From IMG/VR virus record IMGVR_UViG_3300020048_000026, positions 32,001-96,000 of that record: DNA of 64,000 bases. One strand, given 5' to 3'. The notes beneath the pieces are model-generated. The model was not told the DNA's origin. It did not search any database and saw only the letters and a program-made list of their open reading frames with translations. This stretch comes from a virus. The translations under genes were made by a program, and so were the position numbers. Shown here piece after piece: positions 46,884 through 57,217 of this stretch (its first letter is position 1; each line of letters opens with the position of its first letter).

Positions 46884-47683
46884 TATTCTTGATTATTTTG
46901 TATATCTTCTTGTGCGGCTTTTACTAGACCATCTATATCTTCTTGTGATATTTTAATTGGTTGTTCAAAATTCTCTTTATCTTTAATTACATAATTGTAC
47001 ACACCTTCAATTCTATTCCATCTTATAGTTTTTTCAAATTTATTTATTTTTATTGTTAAATCTCCAACTATAAAGACATAGTTTACATAATCTTCACTAA
47101 ATTTGATTTGACCACCTTTTTCTAAATGTTCTTTTATAAATCTATTCAAAATATTATACCTAGTGCTATCATATCTATCATAGAGATTCGCTTTATGTTG
47201 ATCAAGTTCTTGAGGTGTCATTTTTGCAACTCTTTGATTTTCTTTTTCTTGTGCTCTACTTTTTAAGAATCCTTTTATCGCTCTATAAAAGAAATATCCT
47301 GAACCTAATAGTAATAAAGCACCTTGTAAATCTTCATTTACAGGGTCATTTACAGGTTCATTTACAGGTTCATATGAATTAAATTCTTTAATGTGTTTCA
47401 TTTTTGAATTTTGTTTATTTTTATATTCTTCATCTTTATCTTTTGCGATAAAATCCTCAAGAATTTCGTATAATATTTCTCTGACTAATTTTTCATATTC
47501 GTCTTCATTTACAAGGTTTATACCTTTATTTTTAATATCTTCTAGAAGATCTCTAAACCTTTTTGAATTTTTATAATATTTTTTTAATGATTTGGGTTTT
47601 GCACCTTTATTTATATAAAAACTTATTATAGGATGAAGTTCCTTGAATATATCAGACTTGGCTTGTTTTTTAAAATTATCCAT
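46883..47683 (-). CDS. Hypothetical protein with internal MKHIKEFNSYE motif
   Basis: 266-aa ORF; may contain a second start. Confidence 0.6.
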   Translation of the reverse strand: MDNFKKQAKSDIFKELHPIISFYINKGAKPKSLKKYYKNSKRFRDLLEDIKNKGINLVNEDEYEKLVREILYEILEDFIAKDKDEEYKNKQNSKMKHIKEFNSYEPVNEPVNDPVNEDLQGALLLLGSGYFFYRAIKGFLKSRAQEKENQRVAKMTPQELDQHKANLYDRYDSTRYNILNRFIKEHLEKGGQIKFSEDYVNYVFIVGDLTIKINKFEKTIRWNRIEGVYNYVIKDKENFEQPIKISQEDIDGLVKAAQEDIQNNQE

Positions 47684-47737
47684 ATAGTTCTATATATTAT
47701 TTTTAATTTCTCAAATTTTGTTTTTTATATATAAGTT

Positions 47738-48584
47738 TGTGATAACTAATTTTAAAATATTTGAAAATTTGAATACGAAACTTTTTAAGAATGAATCAAA
47801 GCTAAAAGATTTATTATTAAAAGATCCATATTTTGCAAAAGGTGATGTACATCAAGCAATAATTAATATTATTCATCAATTTTGGACGACTGAAATAGAC
47901 TATTCTCAAATTTTAAATTATACAGAAGAAAATTTCGGCAAATTACCTTTATTAGCATTATATTTTGGAAAATATAATTATCAAGTTGGTAATGGTGGAC
48001 ATGCACAATATTTCGGTAATGGTTATGCAAGTTCTAATTCAAGTGGTTTCAGTAGTAATTATGATGATATAAGTAAGCATGAGGAGTTCTTAGAATTATT
48101 TAAGAATATGGGTATGATAGAAATATTACCATTAGGTTCTACTGCATATAGCATTATGGATGATTTTGAATTAGATTTAGATGATGATACAGAGGATTGT
48201 AGTAATTGTAATGGTAATGGAGATGAAGATTGTCCTACTTGTGATGGTAAAGGTGAAGTTGATTGTGAAGATTGTGGCGGTATAGGAGAAGATAGTGAAG
48301 GTGTTGAGTGTGATAGCTGTGGTGGTAGTGGTGAAATTGAATGTGAAGAATGTGAGGGTAAAGGACATGAAACTTGTAGAGATTGTGATGGTAGTGGTAT
48401 TTATGAGACCGGAACTGTATCACCAAATACAACGGAGTGGGATAAATTAGATGATAGATGGTATAAAATTGATGATGATATTATGGAGCAATTTAATGAC
48501 TATTTAAAATCTTTAACATTAGATGGAGAAAAAATGACTGATTTGATAGAGTTAGCAGAACAAACACAAAAATATAATTTATAA
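47738..48584 (+). CDS. DMP19/DUF4375-like protein with inserted DnaJ-type CxxCxGxG repeats
   Basis: YQVGNGGHAQYFGN; six CxxCxGxG; probable GTG start giving MITNFKIFE; QKYNL end. Confidence 0.65.
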
Positions 48585-48665
48585 TTTTCACCTATTTAGG
48601 TTTTGATATTTTTATTTTAAACATATTTTAAATATTTTCATATAATTAAAAAAGAATATGTTTAG

Positions 48666-50027
48666 ATGACCGCAGCAGAAAAGAGAGAGAAAATATCAGC
48701 ATTAAAGAAACAAATAGAAGAAACACAAGCCGATTACGATAGAGCAAAAGCAATGCAGTTAGCATTGAAACTTGTTATTAATGGCACATACGGTGCATTT
48801 GCACATCCAAAATTCGTATTATCAAATTCACATATCGCAAATGCTATTACAGCAATGGGACGAGATGTTATACAATACATGTTAAAGAAAATTGAACATT
48901 ATTTTTATAGTGAATGGCATTTAGATATAAAATCACATCAAAAACTTGGAGTTGAGTATATTGCTGAAAAAGGTGGAAAATATTTTCTATTAAATAGAAT
49001 AGGTGAGAACATTCATTATCCTCATGCTTCATTACAAGCATTAATGGAGAAGTTAAATATTTACAGAAATGATTTAAAAGATGATGTTCAACAGATTGGT
49101 GAATATAACGTCTTATATCGCAGAGATGTACATGATTTTTCAAATGTTTTAGAAATTCCTAAAGAAAAACCAATAACAATTTATGGTGATACTGATTCTT
49201 TATATATTTCATTTACACCAGTAATTGAATCTTGTGGATATAAAAAAGATGAACTTGAATTCATATTACATTTAGATAGAGTTATTATTAAGAAAAAATT
49301 TACTCAATATTTAGATGAATATGCTGAAAAATTTGGTGTTAAAAATATACATGACTTTGAACTTGAAACAATTAATCGTTCAGCTTTACATATACAGAAA
49401 AAACACTACATTAACAATGTAGCATGGGAAGATGGTATATTTTATGATAATTTAAGTTATTTTTATCCAAAAGGTGTAGAAATTGTTAAATCATCAACAC
49501 CACCTTTTGTTCGTGAAAATATTTATGAATTCTTAAGATATGTGTTTTCAAATCCAACAAGTATAAATATTAGAAAAGTTTTATTGTTAGTTAAAGATTT
49601 GAAAAAACAATTTATGATGGCAGATATTGAGGATATATCTATGACAACTAGTTGTTCAAATTATTATTCTAAAGTTATTGATGATGTGACTGATGTTGTG
49701 ACAGTTAAAGGTGCACATTTTGGTGTAAAGGCGGCTTGTTTACATAATTATCTCTTAAATAAGAATTCAGAATATAAGACTAAGTATGACAATATTCGTG
49801 GAGGTAGAATAAAATACTATTATTGTAATCATCCAAAGAATAATGTGTTTGCTTATATGAGAAGTATGCATCCTTATGAAATAGTTGAAAAAGAAGGAGT
49901 TAAAATAGATTATGATGAACAATTTGATGTAACTTTCTTATCAATTATCAATAGATTCTTAGAACCAATTGGATTACCAACAATTAATAAGAGGTTATCA
50001 GTATTAAATTCAATATTTTCAATATAA
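48666..50027 (+). CDS. Family B DNA polymerase, C-terminal subunit (split gene)
   Basis: KLVINGTYG (motif B), YGDTDSLY (motif C), KKHY, KGVEIVKSSTP; no exonuclease or motif A. Confidence 0.88.
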   Translation: MTAAEKREKISALKKQIEETQADYDRAKAMQLALKLVINGTYGAFAHPKFVLSNSHIANAITAMGRDVIQYMLKKIEHYFYSEWHLDIKSHQKLGVEYIAEKGGKYFLLNRIGENIHYPHASLQALMEKLNIYRNDLKDDVQQIGEYNVLYRRDVHDFSNVLEIPKEKPITIYGDTDSLYISFTPVIESCGYKKDELEFILHLDRVIIKKKFTQYLDEYAEKFGVKNIHDFELETINRSALHIQKKHYINNVAWEDGIFYDNLSYFYPKGVEIVKSSTPPFVRENIYEFLRYVFSNPTSINIRKVLLLVKDLKKQFMMADIEDISMTTSCSNYYSKVIDDVTDVVTVKGAHFGVKAACLHNYLLNKNSEYKTKYDNIRGGRIKYYYCNHPKNNVFAYMRSMHPYEIVEKEGVKIDYDEQFDVTFLSIINRFLEPIGLPTINKRLSVLNSIFSI

Positions 50028-50028
50028 T

Positions 50029-50172
50029 ATGCCAATAATAGATAGAGATTTAGGAAAATATAGAAGACCTCAAATTTTTGGTCCAATAAGTGATGAAGAA
50101 GCCAGAGAATGGGAAAAAATTAAAAAAAGATGCGAAAGAATAGAAAAACTAAAGAAATTAGCATCAAAATAG
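50029..50172 (+). CDS. Small protein with RIEKLKKL tail (missed by ORF track; ends in TAG)
   Basis: 47 aa directly after the polymerase stop. Confidence 0.5.
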   Translation: MPIIDRDLGKYRRPQIFGPISDEEAREWEKIKKRCERIEKLKKLASK

Positions 50173-50208
50173 AGTTTTAGCACAACACCAAAATAGAGTT
50201 TTAGCACA
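50165..50208 (+). repeat. 20-bp direct repeat x2
   Basis: caaaatagagttttagcaca at 50165 and 50189. Confidence 0.85.
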
Positions 50209-50480
50209 TGAAATATGGGATGAAAATTAATGAACCTGAACAATATATTCAAGGTATTTTTGTTTCTGGTCATATAGATTCAGAAACATGGTGTTTTGTT
50301 TTACGAATTAAGCATTCCGATCAAATTTTTGATTATAAAATGACAAGAGTTGAAATTGAAGATTCAAAAGCACTTGGAAAAGATATAATTGGTGATATTA
50401 TTGATATGAATATAAAAAAGTTTAGAAAATATAAATTAAACAAGTTACAAAATTATAATATTTCGGTAACTTTACCATAA
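50208..50480 (+). CDS. Hypothetical protein with RKYKLNKL tail
   Basis: 90-aa ORF. Confidence 0.6.
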   Translation: MKYGMKINEPEQYIQGIFVSGHIDSETWCFVLRIKHSDQIFDYKMTRVEIEDSKALGKDIIGDIIDMNIKKFRKYKLNKLQNYNISVTLP

Positions 50481-50743
50481 ATATTTTTAGTCCAACCATT
50501 TATACCACCTTTATTGTTGCCTATTAAACAACCTTTTTCCAAATCTTTACCTTTTACTATATGAGTATAATATGACCCTTTAACTTTACAATATACAATA
50601 TCATCAACTTTAACTTGTTCCCAAGTTACTGGTTCAATTTTCACTGGTTGTTTAGATTTAATTATTGGTAACATTGAATTTCCAGGTTCTTTACTTATTA
50701 TTGTTTCACCTGCCAATAATTTTTCTACTTTATAATTTCTCAT
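50453..50743 (-). CDS. Peptidase S24/S26-like small protein
   Basis: GNSMLPII...DDIVYC motif. Confidence 0.55.
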   Translation of the reverse strand: MRNYKVEKLLAGETIISKEPGNSMLPIIKSKQPVKIEPVTWEQVKVDDIVYCKVKGSYYTHIVKGKDLEKGCLIGNNKGGINGWTKNIYGKVTEIL

Positions 50744-50942
50744 TTAAATTAATTAATTTTTGTTTTCTTAGCCATTGTTCAATATTATCAAATTCGTTTT
50801 TTGAAATTTCATAACGTTTATTATTGAGATAAATAGCATAATACTCTACTCCTTTAGACGATCCGCCACCAGGACAATATAACCCCAATGGTTTAAGTCT
50901 TTTAGCATCAACTCCTTCTTTACCTTCAACGCCCCAAATCAT
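50730..50942 (-). CDS. Hypothetical protein with RKQKL tail
   Basis: 70-aa ORF. Confidence 0.55.
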   Translation of the reverse strand: MIWGVEGKEGVDAKRLKPLGLYCPGGGSSKGVEYYAIYLNNKRYEISKNEFDNIEQWLRKQKLINLNEKL

Positions 50943-51469
50943 TCAAATAAATTAATTATTGCATTAACACCATTTTGATTAATTTCTCTTGTACCAATAC
51001 CTGCAAATTTTTCTGTTAGTTCAGGAATACCTTCAAAAATTTGAAACATATCATCTTCATAATCAAAATAATACCATTGATTATCATTTTGTTCAAAAAA
51101 ATATATTGGTTTTTTTGTATCAACTGCGCAAGAAACTGCATATCCTGTACCACCTCTAACTGTTTTTTCTGTATCTCTTATACCAATTGCAAAAATAGCA
51201 TCAGAATTTTTTACTTGATACCAATCCCTTGATAGTAAGTTTTTTATATAAGGCGATAAATTGTTTATATTTCTTCCTAATCTAAGATTAGCAATTTTGA
51301 TATGTTCAAATCCTTCTTTTAGTTGAGAAGGTGTTAAAATTAATCTATTTTTTGAGGTTGTATTGTGACCATCAAAGGAATATGCTACTATTTTGTAGTT
51401 ATGTCTATTACTTTCTATTTCAAAAATTGTGTCAGATCCAGGTGCACCGCCAGAGTTACATGTTTTCAT
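50939..51469 (-). CDS. SLOG/DprA-like nucleotide-binding protein
   Basis: SGGAPGSD, RGGTGYAV, FAGIGTR. Confidence 0.6.
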   Translation of the reverse strand: MKTCNSGGAPGSDTIFEIESNRHNYKIVAYSFDGHNTTSKNRLILTPSQLKEGFEHIKIANLRLGRNINNLSPYIKNLLSRDWYQVKNSDAIFAIGIRDTEKTVRGGTGYAVSCAVDTKKPIYFFEQNDNQWYYFDYEDDMFQIFEGIPELTEKFAGIGTREINQNGVNAIINLFE

Positions 51470-51683
51470 TTAATTTATTTAATTTTTTTATTCTTTCAAA
51501 TTGTTTAAGTCTTTGATATATTTTTTCTAATTCTTTACTTTTTATGAAAAATCCATTTCTTTTATTATTTACATCAAGAATTTCAATATTTGGTATATAA
51601 GCACCACCATATGAACTATGAACTATATGTTTGAAAAATTTAAGGTATACTTGTACAGATTGTTCTTTTACTGTTAAGTTCAT
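51456..51683 (-). CDS. Hypothetical protein with RIKKLNKL tail
   Basis: 75-aa ORF. Confidence 0.55.
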   Translation of the reverse strand: MNLTVKEQSVQVYLKFFKHIVHSSYGGAYIPNIEILDVNNKRNGFFIKSKELEKIYQRLKQFERIKKLNKLNENM

Positions 51684-51750
51684 TAAAAAGTATTTTTTAG
51701 TTTTAATTTTTTATATATATACTTTGTAGTAAAAAAATAGACAAAAGTTA

Positions 51751-53160
51751 ATGAAAATTTATTCTAATGAATATATAACAGATTTTGACAAATTAAAGAA
51801 TGCTATTATTGGATTTGAGTTTGAATTTTATACAGAGAGATCTTACTATAAATTACTTGAATTATTAAATAATACTCTTGCTCCTATAAAGGTGCACGGT
51901 TATCGTAAATATCACTCTTCTTTTAAACCAGATGAAAATAATTTTAAAATTGAACCAGACCTTTCAGGAGGTCCCGAACTTGTTGAGTTAATTACAGGTC
52001 CATTACCTTATGTCAATTCAAAGATTATTTTACTTAAAATTTTAAAAGTTTTAGAAAAATATGCAAGAACAGATGAAAAGTGTTCAATTCACATAAATAT
52101 ATCATTTGAAGATACGGGTGATGGTAAAGTTTTAGATAATTTGAATCAATTGAAGTTAATTTTAGAAGTTGATGAAAATCTTATTTATAATTATTTTCCA
52201 GAAAGAGAAAATAATATTTATGCAAAATCGGTTAAAAATTTAATTCCTTTCAGAGGATTTGATTTTTCAACAAATGCAATTGAAATTTTACAAACCAACA
52301 TACAATTACCTGATACTAAGTATTATGGTATAAACGTTAAAACTGTTGAAAAAGGTAGATTAGAATGGCGTTATATTGGCGGATTGGATTATCATAAAAA
52401 AACTTCCGATATTTTGGCTTTAATGGATTATTTTATTGCTATAACTTGGAATTGTTTGAATGAAAAATTAGATGAAGAAGATTTAAAGAAATTACAAAAA
52501 TATTTATTTGAAAATATTAATATTTTCAAAACCTTTAATAATTATGATGATTTTATTGCTGAATTTCCAACTATTGATATTCAAATTGACAAAATGAGCG
52601 AGTATGGCATTATAAAAGGATATTATGATACATTTTATAATGAAATTTATGATATGGTTAGAAATATCTATAACCTTAAAAATTGTATTATTAATTTTGA
52701 TACAGAATTAAATAGGATTGAATTAGTAGATGCAACATTTAAGACTATTTTTGATTTATATAATATAGATTTTATTGAATGTTCAATGAATTCTGGTAGA
52801 TACAACAGTTGTAATTTTATTTCATCTGAGTTAGTGAATGGTACAATACATGGTGGTGAAATTATGGATAGTAATATTTTTAATTGTAAAATTGAAAATG
52901 CTAAAATAGATGTAGAATCCGAAATAGGGGATTCATATTTATATCAATGTTTTATAGATGGTCAGGTTAAGGGTAGTTCGGTTTTAAGAATGTGTAAGAT
53001 AGGTCCTAATGCTATAATTGACGATTCTGTTAGAATAGTAACGGATATTAATAATTACTTTAATACAACTCCAAAAGGTGTTGGTCCTAAAAAAGGTGGA
53101 CCTGCGGAACTTGATTTAAAGGATATGAAAATACCAGATACAAAAGGAAAGAAATGGTAA
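51751..53160 (+). CDS. Putative amidoligase (COOH-NH2 ligase type)
   Basis: IGFEFEF, ELITGP, CSIHINISF, KYYGIN, RLEWRYIGG; C-terminal beta-helix-like repeats. Confidence 0.7.
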   Translation: MKIYSNEYITDFDKLKNAIIGFEFEFYTERSYYKLLELLNNTLAPIKVHGYRKYHSSFKPDENNFKIEPDLSGGPELVELITGPLPYVNSKIILLKILKVLEKYARTDEKCSIHINISFEDTGDGKVLDNLNQLKLILEVDENLIYNYFPERENNIYAKSVKNLIPFRGFDFSTNAIEILQTNIQLPDTKYYGINVKTVEKGRLEWRYIGGLDYHKKTSDILALMDYFIAITWNCLNEKLDEEDLKKLQKYLFENINIFKTFNNYDDFIAEFPTIDIQIDKMSEYGIIKGYYDTFYNEIYDMVRNIYNLKNCIINFDTELNRIELVDATFKTIFDLYNIDFIECSMNSGRYNSCNFISSELVNGTIHGGEIMDSNIFNCKIENAKIDVESEIGDSYLYQCFIDGQVKGSSVLRMCKIGPNAIIDDSVRIVTDINNYFNTTPKGVGPKKGGPAELDLKDMKIPDTKGKKW

Positions 53161-53543
53161 AAATTAATAGATTTTTTGGTAGAAAAGAAGAAAAAAATCA
53201 TGATTTTTGCTTAAAAATCAAAGATTTATTACATGATTATTGTTTAAAAGATTTAGAATATAAATATGATAATGTTGAATATTTTAAAAATGGGAATTTA
53301 CTTATGTATATAAAAATATTTGGAATGATTAACAAAGGCTGGTTAAATACACCAGGCTTAAAATTAACAAAAGAAAATTATGTTCCATTCAAAAAACTTT
53401 TAAATTTTATTGAACAAGATACAGAATTTTGGATGGATTTTGATAGAGGAGTTATGAGGATTGGTATTTTATTTGAAAACAATATTGAAAAAAATATAGA
53501 AGATTTAGAATCAATGTTAAATGCAAAAAAATATAATTTATGA
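53154..53543 (+). CDS. Hypothetical protein (KKYNL family)
   Basis: Shared C-terminal motif. Confidence 0.65.
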   Translation: MVKINRFFGRKEEKNHDFCLKIKDLLHDYCLKDLEYKYDNVEYFKNGNLLMYIKIFGMINKGWLNTPGLKLTKENYVPFKKLLNFIEQDTEFWMDFDRGVMRIGILFENNIEKNIEDLESMLNAKKYNL

Positions 53544-53968
53544 TTACAAGATTTGAAGATAAAACAAAAGATAAGTTATTTTATACTCCATCAGTTGCGG
53601 GACCTGAAGGTAAACTTCCGTTTGCTGGTACAAATGCGGGTGGTGATAATAGAATAAAAACATTTAAGGAATATTCTGGTGAATATCGTAAAGGTTCTAG
53701 TCAATACGGAAAATTGGTAAGTAGGATTATGGAATTTTTAAGATTACCAGAATTTAAGAATCACTTAGAGGAGAATGATGGTTTAAAATTTGAAATAGCC
53801 GACTTTGAAACAAGGTCACATATAAAAATAGATAAAATAAAACAATTATTAAACAAAGATCATAACTTATACAGTTTTGATATAAATGTTGATGACAAAT
53901 ATATCACATTCTCTAATATAAAGAAAACTTATAAAGATAGATACGTTTCTGGACGTAAGGAAAAATAA
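53540..53968 (+). CDS. Hypothetical protein
   Basis: MITRFE start and internal RIKTFKEY. Confidence 0.65.
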   Translation: MITRFEDKTKDKLFYTPSVAGPEGKLPFAGTNAGGDNRIKTFKEYSGEYRKGSSQYGKLVSRIMEFLRLPEFKNHLEENDGLKFEIADFETRSHIKIDKIKQLLNKDHNLYSFDINVDDKYITFSNIKKTYKDRYVSGRKEK

Positions 53969-53995
53969 TCTTTATGAGCAAAAAATAAATAAGTT

Positions 53996-55207
53996 ATGAA
54001 AAATTGGTTTTTTATTATAATGCTGTCTATAGCCGCATTGGCATTGGCAGGAACAGCCGCATACTTTTCAGTATTTGGTTTAACACAACTATTTTACGCT
54101 GCAGGTATTGGTATCACTATACTTGCTGCTTCTTTGGAATTTGCAAAATTAGTTACTGTTTCTTATGTTTATAGATTTTGGAATCTTATTGAAAAAGGAT
54201 TAAGAGGATTTTACATTTTTGCTGTAGTTTTTATTATGTTTTTAACATCAATGGGTATTTATGGATTTTTAACTTCTTCTTATCAAAAGTCTGCAAATAA
54301 AATAGAATTAAGAGATGCACAAATTAAAATATCAGAAAATAAAAAAACATTGTTTGTTAATCAATTAGATAGAATTAATAAATCTATTGAAAGTTCAAGT
54401 GATCGGATTAATACAATTTCTGGATTAAGAGGTCAGCAAGAAAAAAGATTAGATAATTTATATGATCAGAAATATATCAGTGTTGCTAAGAGAACTGAAC
54501 AACAAATATCAGGATCTGATGAGCAAATAAAGTTATTAAATGATGATATAACTATAAAAATGCAACAAACGAATGCTATTAATGATTCAATTGCTTTTTA
54601 TGACCAAAAAATTGCTGAATTAAAATCATCAGATATTAGTAATGAAATTGGTTCTTATCAATTTATATCATCATTAACTGGTGTACCAATGAATAAAGTT
54701 GTTAATATCGTTGTACTTTTGATTATACTTGTATTTGATCCATTAGCAATTGGCTTATTAATAGGTGTTAATAAATTACTTATGAATAAAATACCTTCAG
54801 AGACGAAAGAATCTTTCTTAAATAGATTTAGAAGAAAGAAAAAAAAAGATGAAGTTGCCGAACAAGTTGATGAAGTTGCCGAACAAGTTTCCAAACAAGT
54901 TGAAGTTGCCGAACAAGTTTTTAATCCATTAGATGATACCGATTGGATTCAACAATATATGCCTTCTAATAATGTGTATGTAACAGAACAAGTAATTGAA
55001 CCTGAGGTTATTGAGTCAGAAAATGAGTCAGAAATTAAAAAAGTCATTGAGCCAGAAGTTATAACTCAATCAATTGAAAATAATTTTAGAATTCTACCGA
55101 TTCAGAAATTTGATGAAAAGAAAAAAGAATATGATGAATTTGAACCAAGACAAGTTGCATCTGTTCAAGTTAATACGGCACATTTTGTACCAAATGAGAA
55201 TTTATAA
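53996..55207 (+). CDS. Multi-pass membrane protein with coiled coil
   Basis: N-terminal TM helices (SLEFAKLV, SMGIYGFL), coiled coil, VFDPLAI TM; EVAEQV x3 repeat at 54851-54918. Confidence 0.7.
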   Translation: MKNWFFIIMLSIAALALAGTAAYFSVFGLTQLFYAAGIGITILAASLEFAKLVTVSYVYRFWNLIEKGLRGFYIFAVVFIMFLTSMGIYGFLTSSYQKSANKIELRDAQIKISENKKTLFVNQLDRINKSIESSSDRINTISGLRGQQEKRLDNLYDQKYISVAKRTEQQISGSDEQIKLLNDDITIKMQQTNAINDSIAFYDQKIAELKSSDISNEIGSYQFISSLTGVPMNKVVNIVVLLIILVFDPLAIGLLIGVNKLLMNKIPSETKESFLNRFRRKKKKDEVAEQVDEVAEQVSKQVEVAEQVFNPLDDTDWIQQYMPSNNVYVTEQVIEPEVIESENESEIKKVIEPEVITQSIENNFRILPIQKFDEKKKEYDEFEPRQVASVQVNTAHFVPNENL

Positions 55208-56053
55208 ATATTTTTTTACTTTTTTATCTCCACCAGTATCAAAAACTGAATAATTTATATTCTTATTTTTATCTTTAAGTTCCATAAATTCTTCTGCTGC
55301 TGCTTTAACAAATCTAGGATCATCATCGGAAAATCCATATTCAGCTACTACACCTAAATCATCTGCGAATCCTTTAACCATTTGATTAAAATCTCTTAGA
55401 GACATTTTTTTAGCATCTTCCATACTTACATCGTGTCCGAATTTTCTTTTACAATAAACAGAAGATATAGTATATACTGGACAAAGTTCTATATATGAAT
55501 CTATTACTTGATCTGGCTCTGAACCAAATAGTTCATGATATTTTAAAAGATTCTCAATCATTTGGTCATCAAATGGTCTTGATTTATCAACATTTTGAAT
55601 AGGAAGATCTTTAAAATTGTCTAGTCCATATGTGTATATTAGCCAATAGAATGCTCTGCGAACATTATTTGGTTCGTGACCTCTTGATGTTATAATTGAA
55701 AATATATTTCCATTAACTAAACATTCAATAAATTTATTCCAAGAAGGACCAAATTTTTCATCAATAACAGCTTTTTTGAAATCAAAAAGAAATGTATTTT
55801 TGCCTTTTGGTCCCCAATCTCTAAATTCTTCAAAAGATTCATCACCACCTTTATATCTCCAGTTTGGATCTGTTCTAACTACTGCAAATTTTGCAGTATC
55901 AACAAATTCATCTATCCATTCACCATCCACTAAATGCTCTAATTTAATTTTAGTGTCCATGAATAATAAATTATCATCTATATCAAAGGAATAATAAACT
56001 AATTTTTTATCATCTTTTTCCACAAATTTTTCAAATATTTTTAAATGTTTCAT
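55202..56053 (-). CDS. HAD-superfamily-like protein
   Basis: FDIDDNL, ITSRGH, GFSDDD; MKHLKIFEKF start. Confidence 0.65.
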   Translation of the reverse strand: MKHLKIFEKFVEKDDKKLVYYSFDIDDNLLFMDTKIKLEHLVDGEWIDEFVDTAKFAVVRTDPNWRYKGGDESFEEFRDWGPKGKNTFLFDFKKAVIDEKFGPSWNKFIECLVNGNIFSIITSRGHEPNNVRRAFYWLIYTYGLDNFKDLPIQNVDKSRPFDDQMIENLLKYHELFGSEPDQVIDSYIELCPVYTISSVYCKRKFGHDVSMEDAKKMSLRDFNQMVKGFADDLGVVAEYGFSDDDPRFVKAAAEEFMELKDKNKNINYSVFDTGGDKKVKKYL

Positions 56054-56069
56054 ATTATCTGTTATTTTT

Positions 56070-56822
56070 TTATCTATCCATTATAAACCAAGCAACGTTG
56101 GATTCACTTTTAACTTTTTCTACCACAGCATCCATTTTTTCTTTGCCTTGTGATATCATATCAGCGGCATTATATTGAAAATTACCAGGCATATTAAAAT
56201 TGAAACGTCCAACAGCCTGACCCATTCTCATTTGTGATAAACCAGTTATATATTGTTTGAAATATACATGATCAAAAAGTTCTTCTTCTTCAATTCTAAC
56301 ATAACATTCTAACATAAGATCAACTTCAACTGTTGTTAAAAAAACTAATCTTTTATTAATGTGGTTGAAATTAAATCTTAATGTATTTGCTGTCATTTTA
56401 TTGATTTGATCTGCAAAATTACTAATAACTGAACGATAAACTCCTAATTCTCCTGCTGTTGATACGAATGATGTTAAAAAAGGTTGATTTGTAACACCCA
56501 TATTTATAGATAAATTTGGTGCTTGTATACCAAGCCTGAACATAGTTGGATTATCTACTTTTACTATTCTAACAATATCTTCTACTTCTGGTGGTAGAAT
56601 AAGATATTTATTTCTATGATATTGTTCTGTTGTTAAGAAATTTCTATCCAAAAAATAGAAAATTTTAATTTTTGAAAATTGATAGTTTTTATAGAACCAT
56701 TCTAATGCTTCTTCTCTAACTAAACGATAAATTTCTAAATCTGGTAAAATTTTATCAAAAAGACCTGTCATTGTTAAATCTGCCTGAACTATATCTACTA
56801 ATTGATCAATTGTCATTGACAT
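56070..56822 (-). CDS. Neck/head-completion protein, T4 gp13-like
   Basis: VREEALEWFY near N-terminus; C-terminal MGQAVGRFNFNMPGNFQYNAADMISQG resembles the gp13 G-x-x-L-x-K...LPGG...N motif. Confidence 0.6.
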   Translation of the reverse strand: MSMTIDQLVDIVQADLTMTGLFDKILPDLEIYRLVREEALEWFYKNYQFSKIKIFYFLDRNFLTTEQYHRNKYLILPPEVEDIVRIVKVDNPTMFRLGIQAPNLSINMGVTNQPFLTSFVSTAGELGVYRSVISNFADQINKMTANTLRFNFNHINKRLVFLTTVEVDLMLECYVRIEEEELFDHVYFKQYITGLSQMRMGQAVGRFNFNMPGNFQYNAADMISQGKEKMDAVVEKVKSESNVAWFIMDR

Positions 56823-56855
56823 ATATTTTCTATTGTTTTTCTGTATATATAAAAA

Positions 56856-57170
56856 TTATAAATTGTATCTTTCTGCGTCTTGTTTTCTATTATAATCTTC
56901 TATATCTTCGGGTGTAATTTCAATTTCTCCCTGATATTCACCATTCATTTCATATTGATTGAAACTATTCCAATCAAGTTCATTTCTTTCTGGTTCAACA
57001 TATAAAATTCTAGTTTCAAATCCATGATAAGTAGCATAATCTATTATTGCTTTTTTTCTATCTTCTGATAACGAACTTTTATATACTTTTACTCTTAAAT
57101 ATGGTTTTGTAAAATCAATAGACCAATATTTTCGTTGTTTTGCTGTTTCAAATAATTTGATATATTTCAT
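56856..57170 (-). CDS. Hypothetical protein (MKYIKLFE...ERYNL)
   Basis: Shared terminal motifs. Confidence 0.7.
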   Translation of the reverse strand: MKYIKLFETAKQRKYWSIDFTKPYLRVKVYKSSLSEDRKKAIIDYATYHGFETRILYVEPERNELDWNSFNQYEMNGEYQGEIEITPEDIEDYNRKQDAERYNL

Positions 57171-57217
57171 ATTTCTTATATATTAAAAATTTGTTTTTAA
57201 AATTAATATATAAGAGC

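Noticed and set aside
21354-50027. Inteins in terminase or polymerase insertions
   Set aside because: No Cys/Ser start with His-Asn end, and insertions too short
50165-50208. CRISPR-like repeat (contains GTTTTAG)
   Set aside because: Only two 20-bp copies with a 4-bp spacer and no cas genes
54851-54918. gaagttgccgaacaagtt x3
   Set aside because: In-frame coding repeat (EVAEQV), not an array
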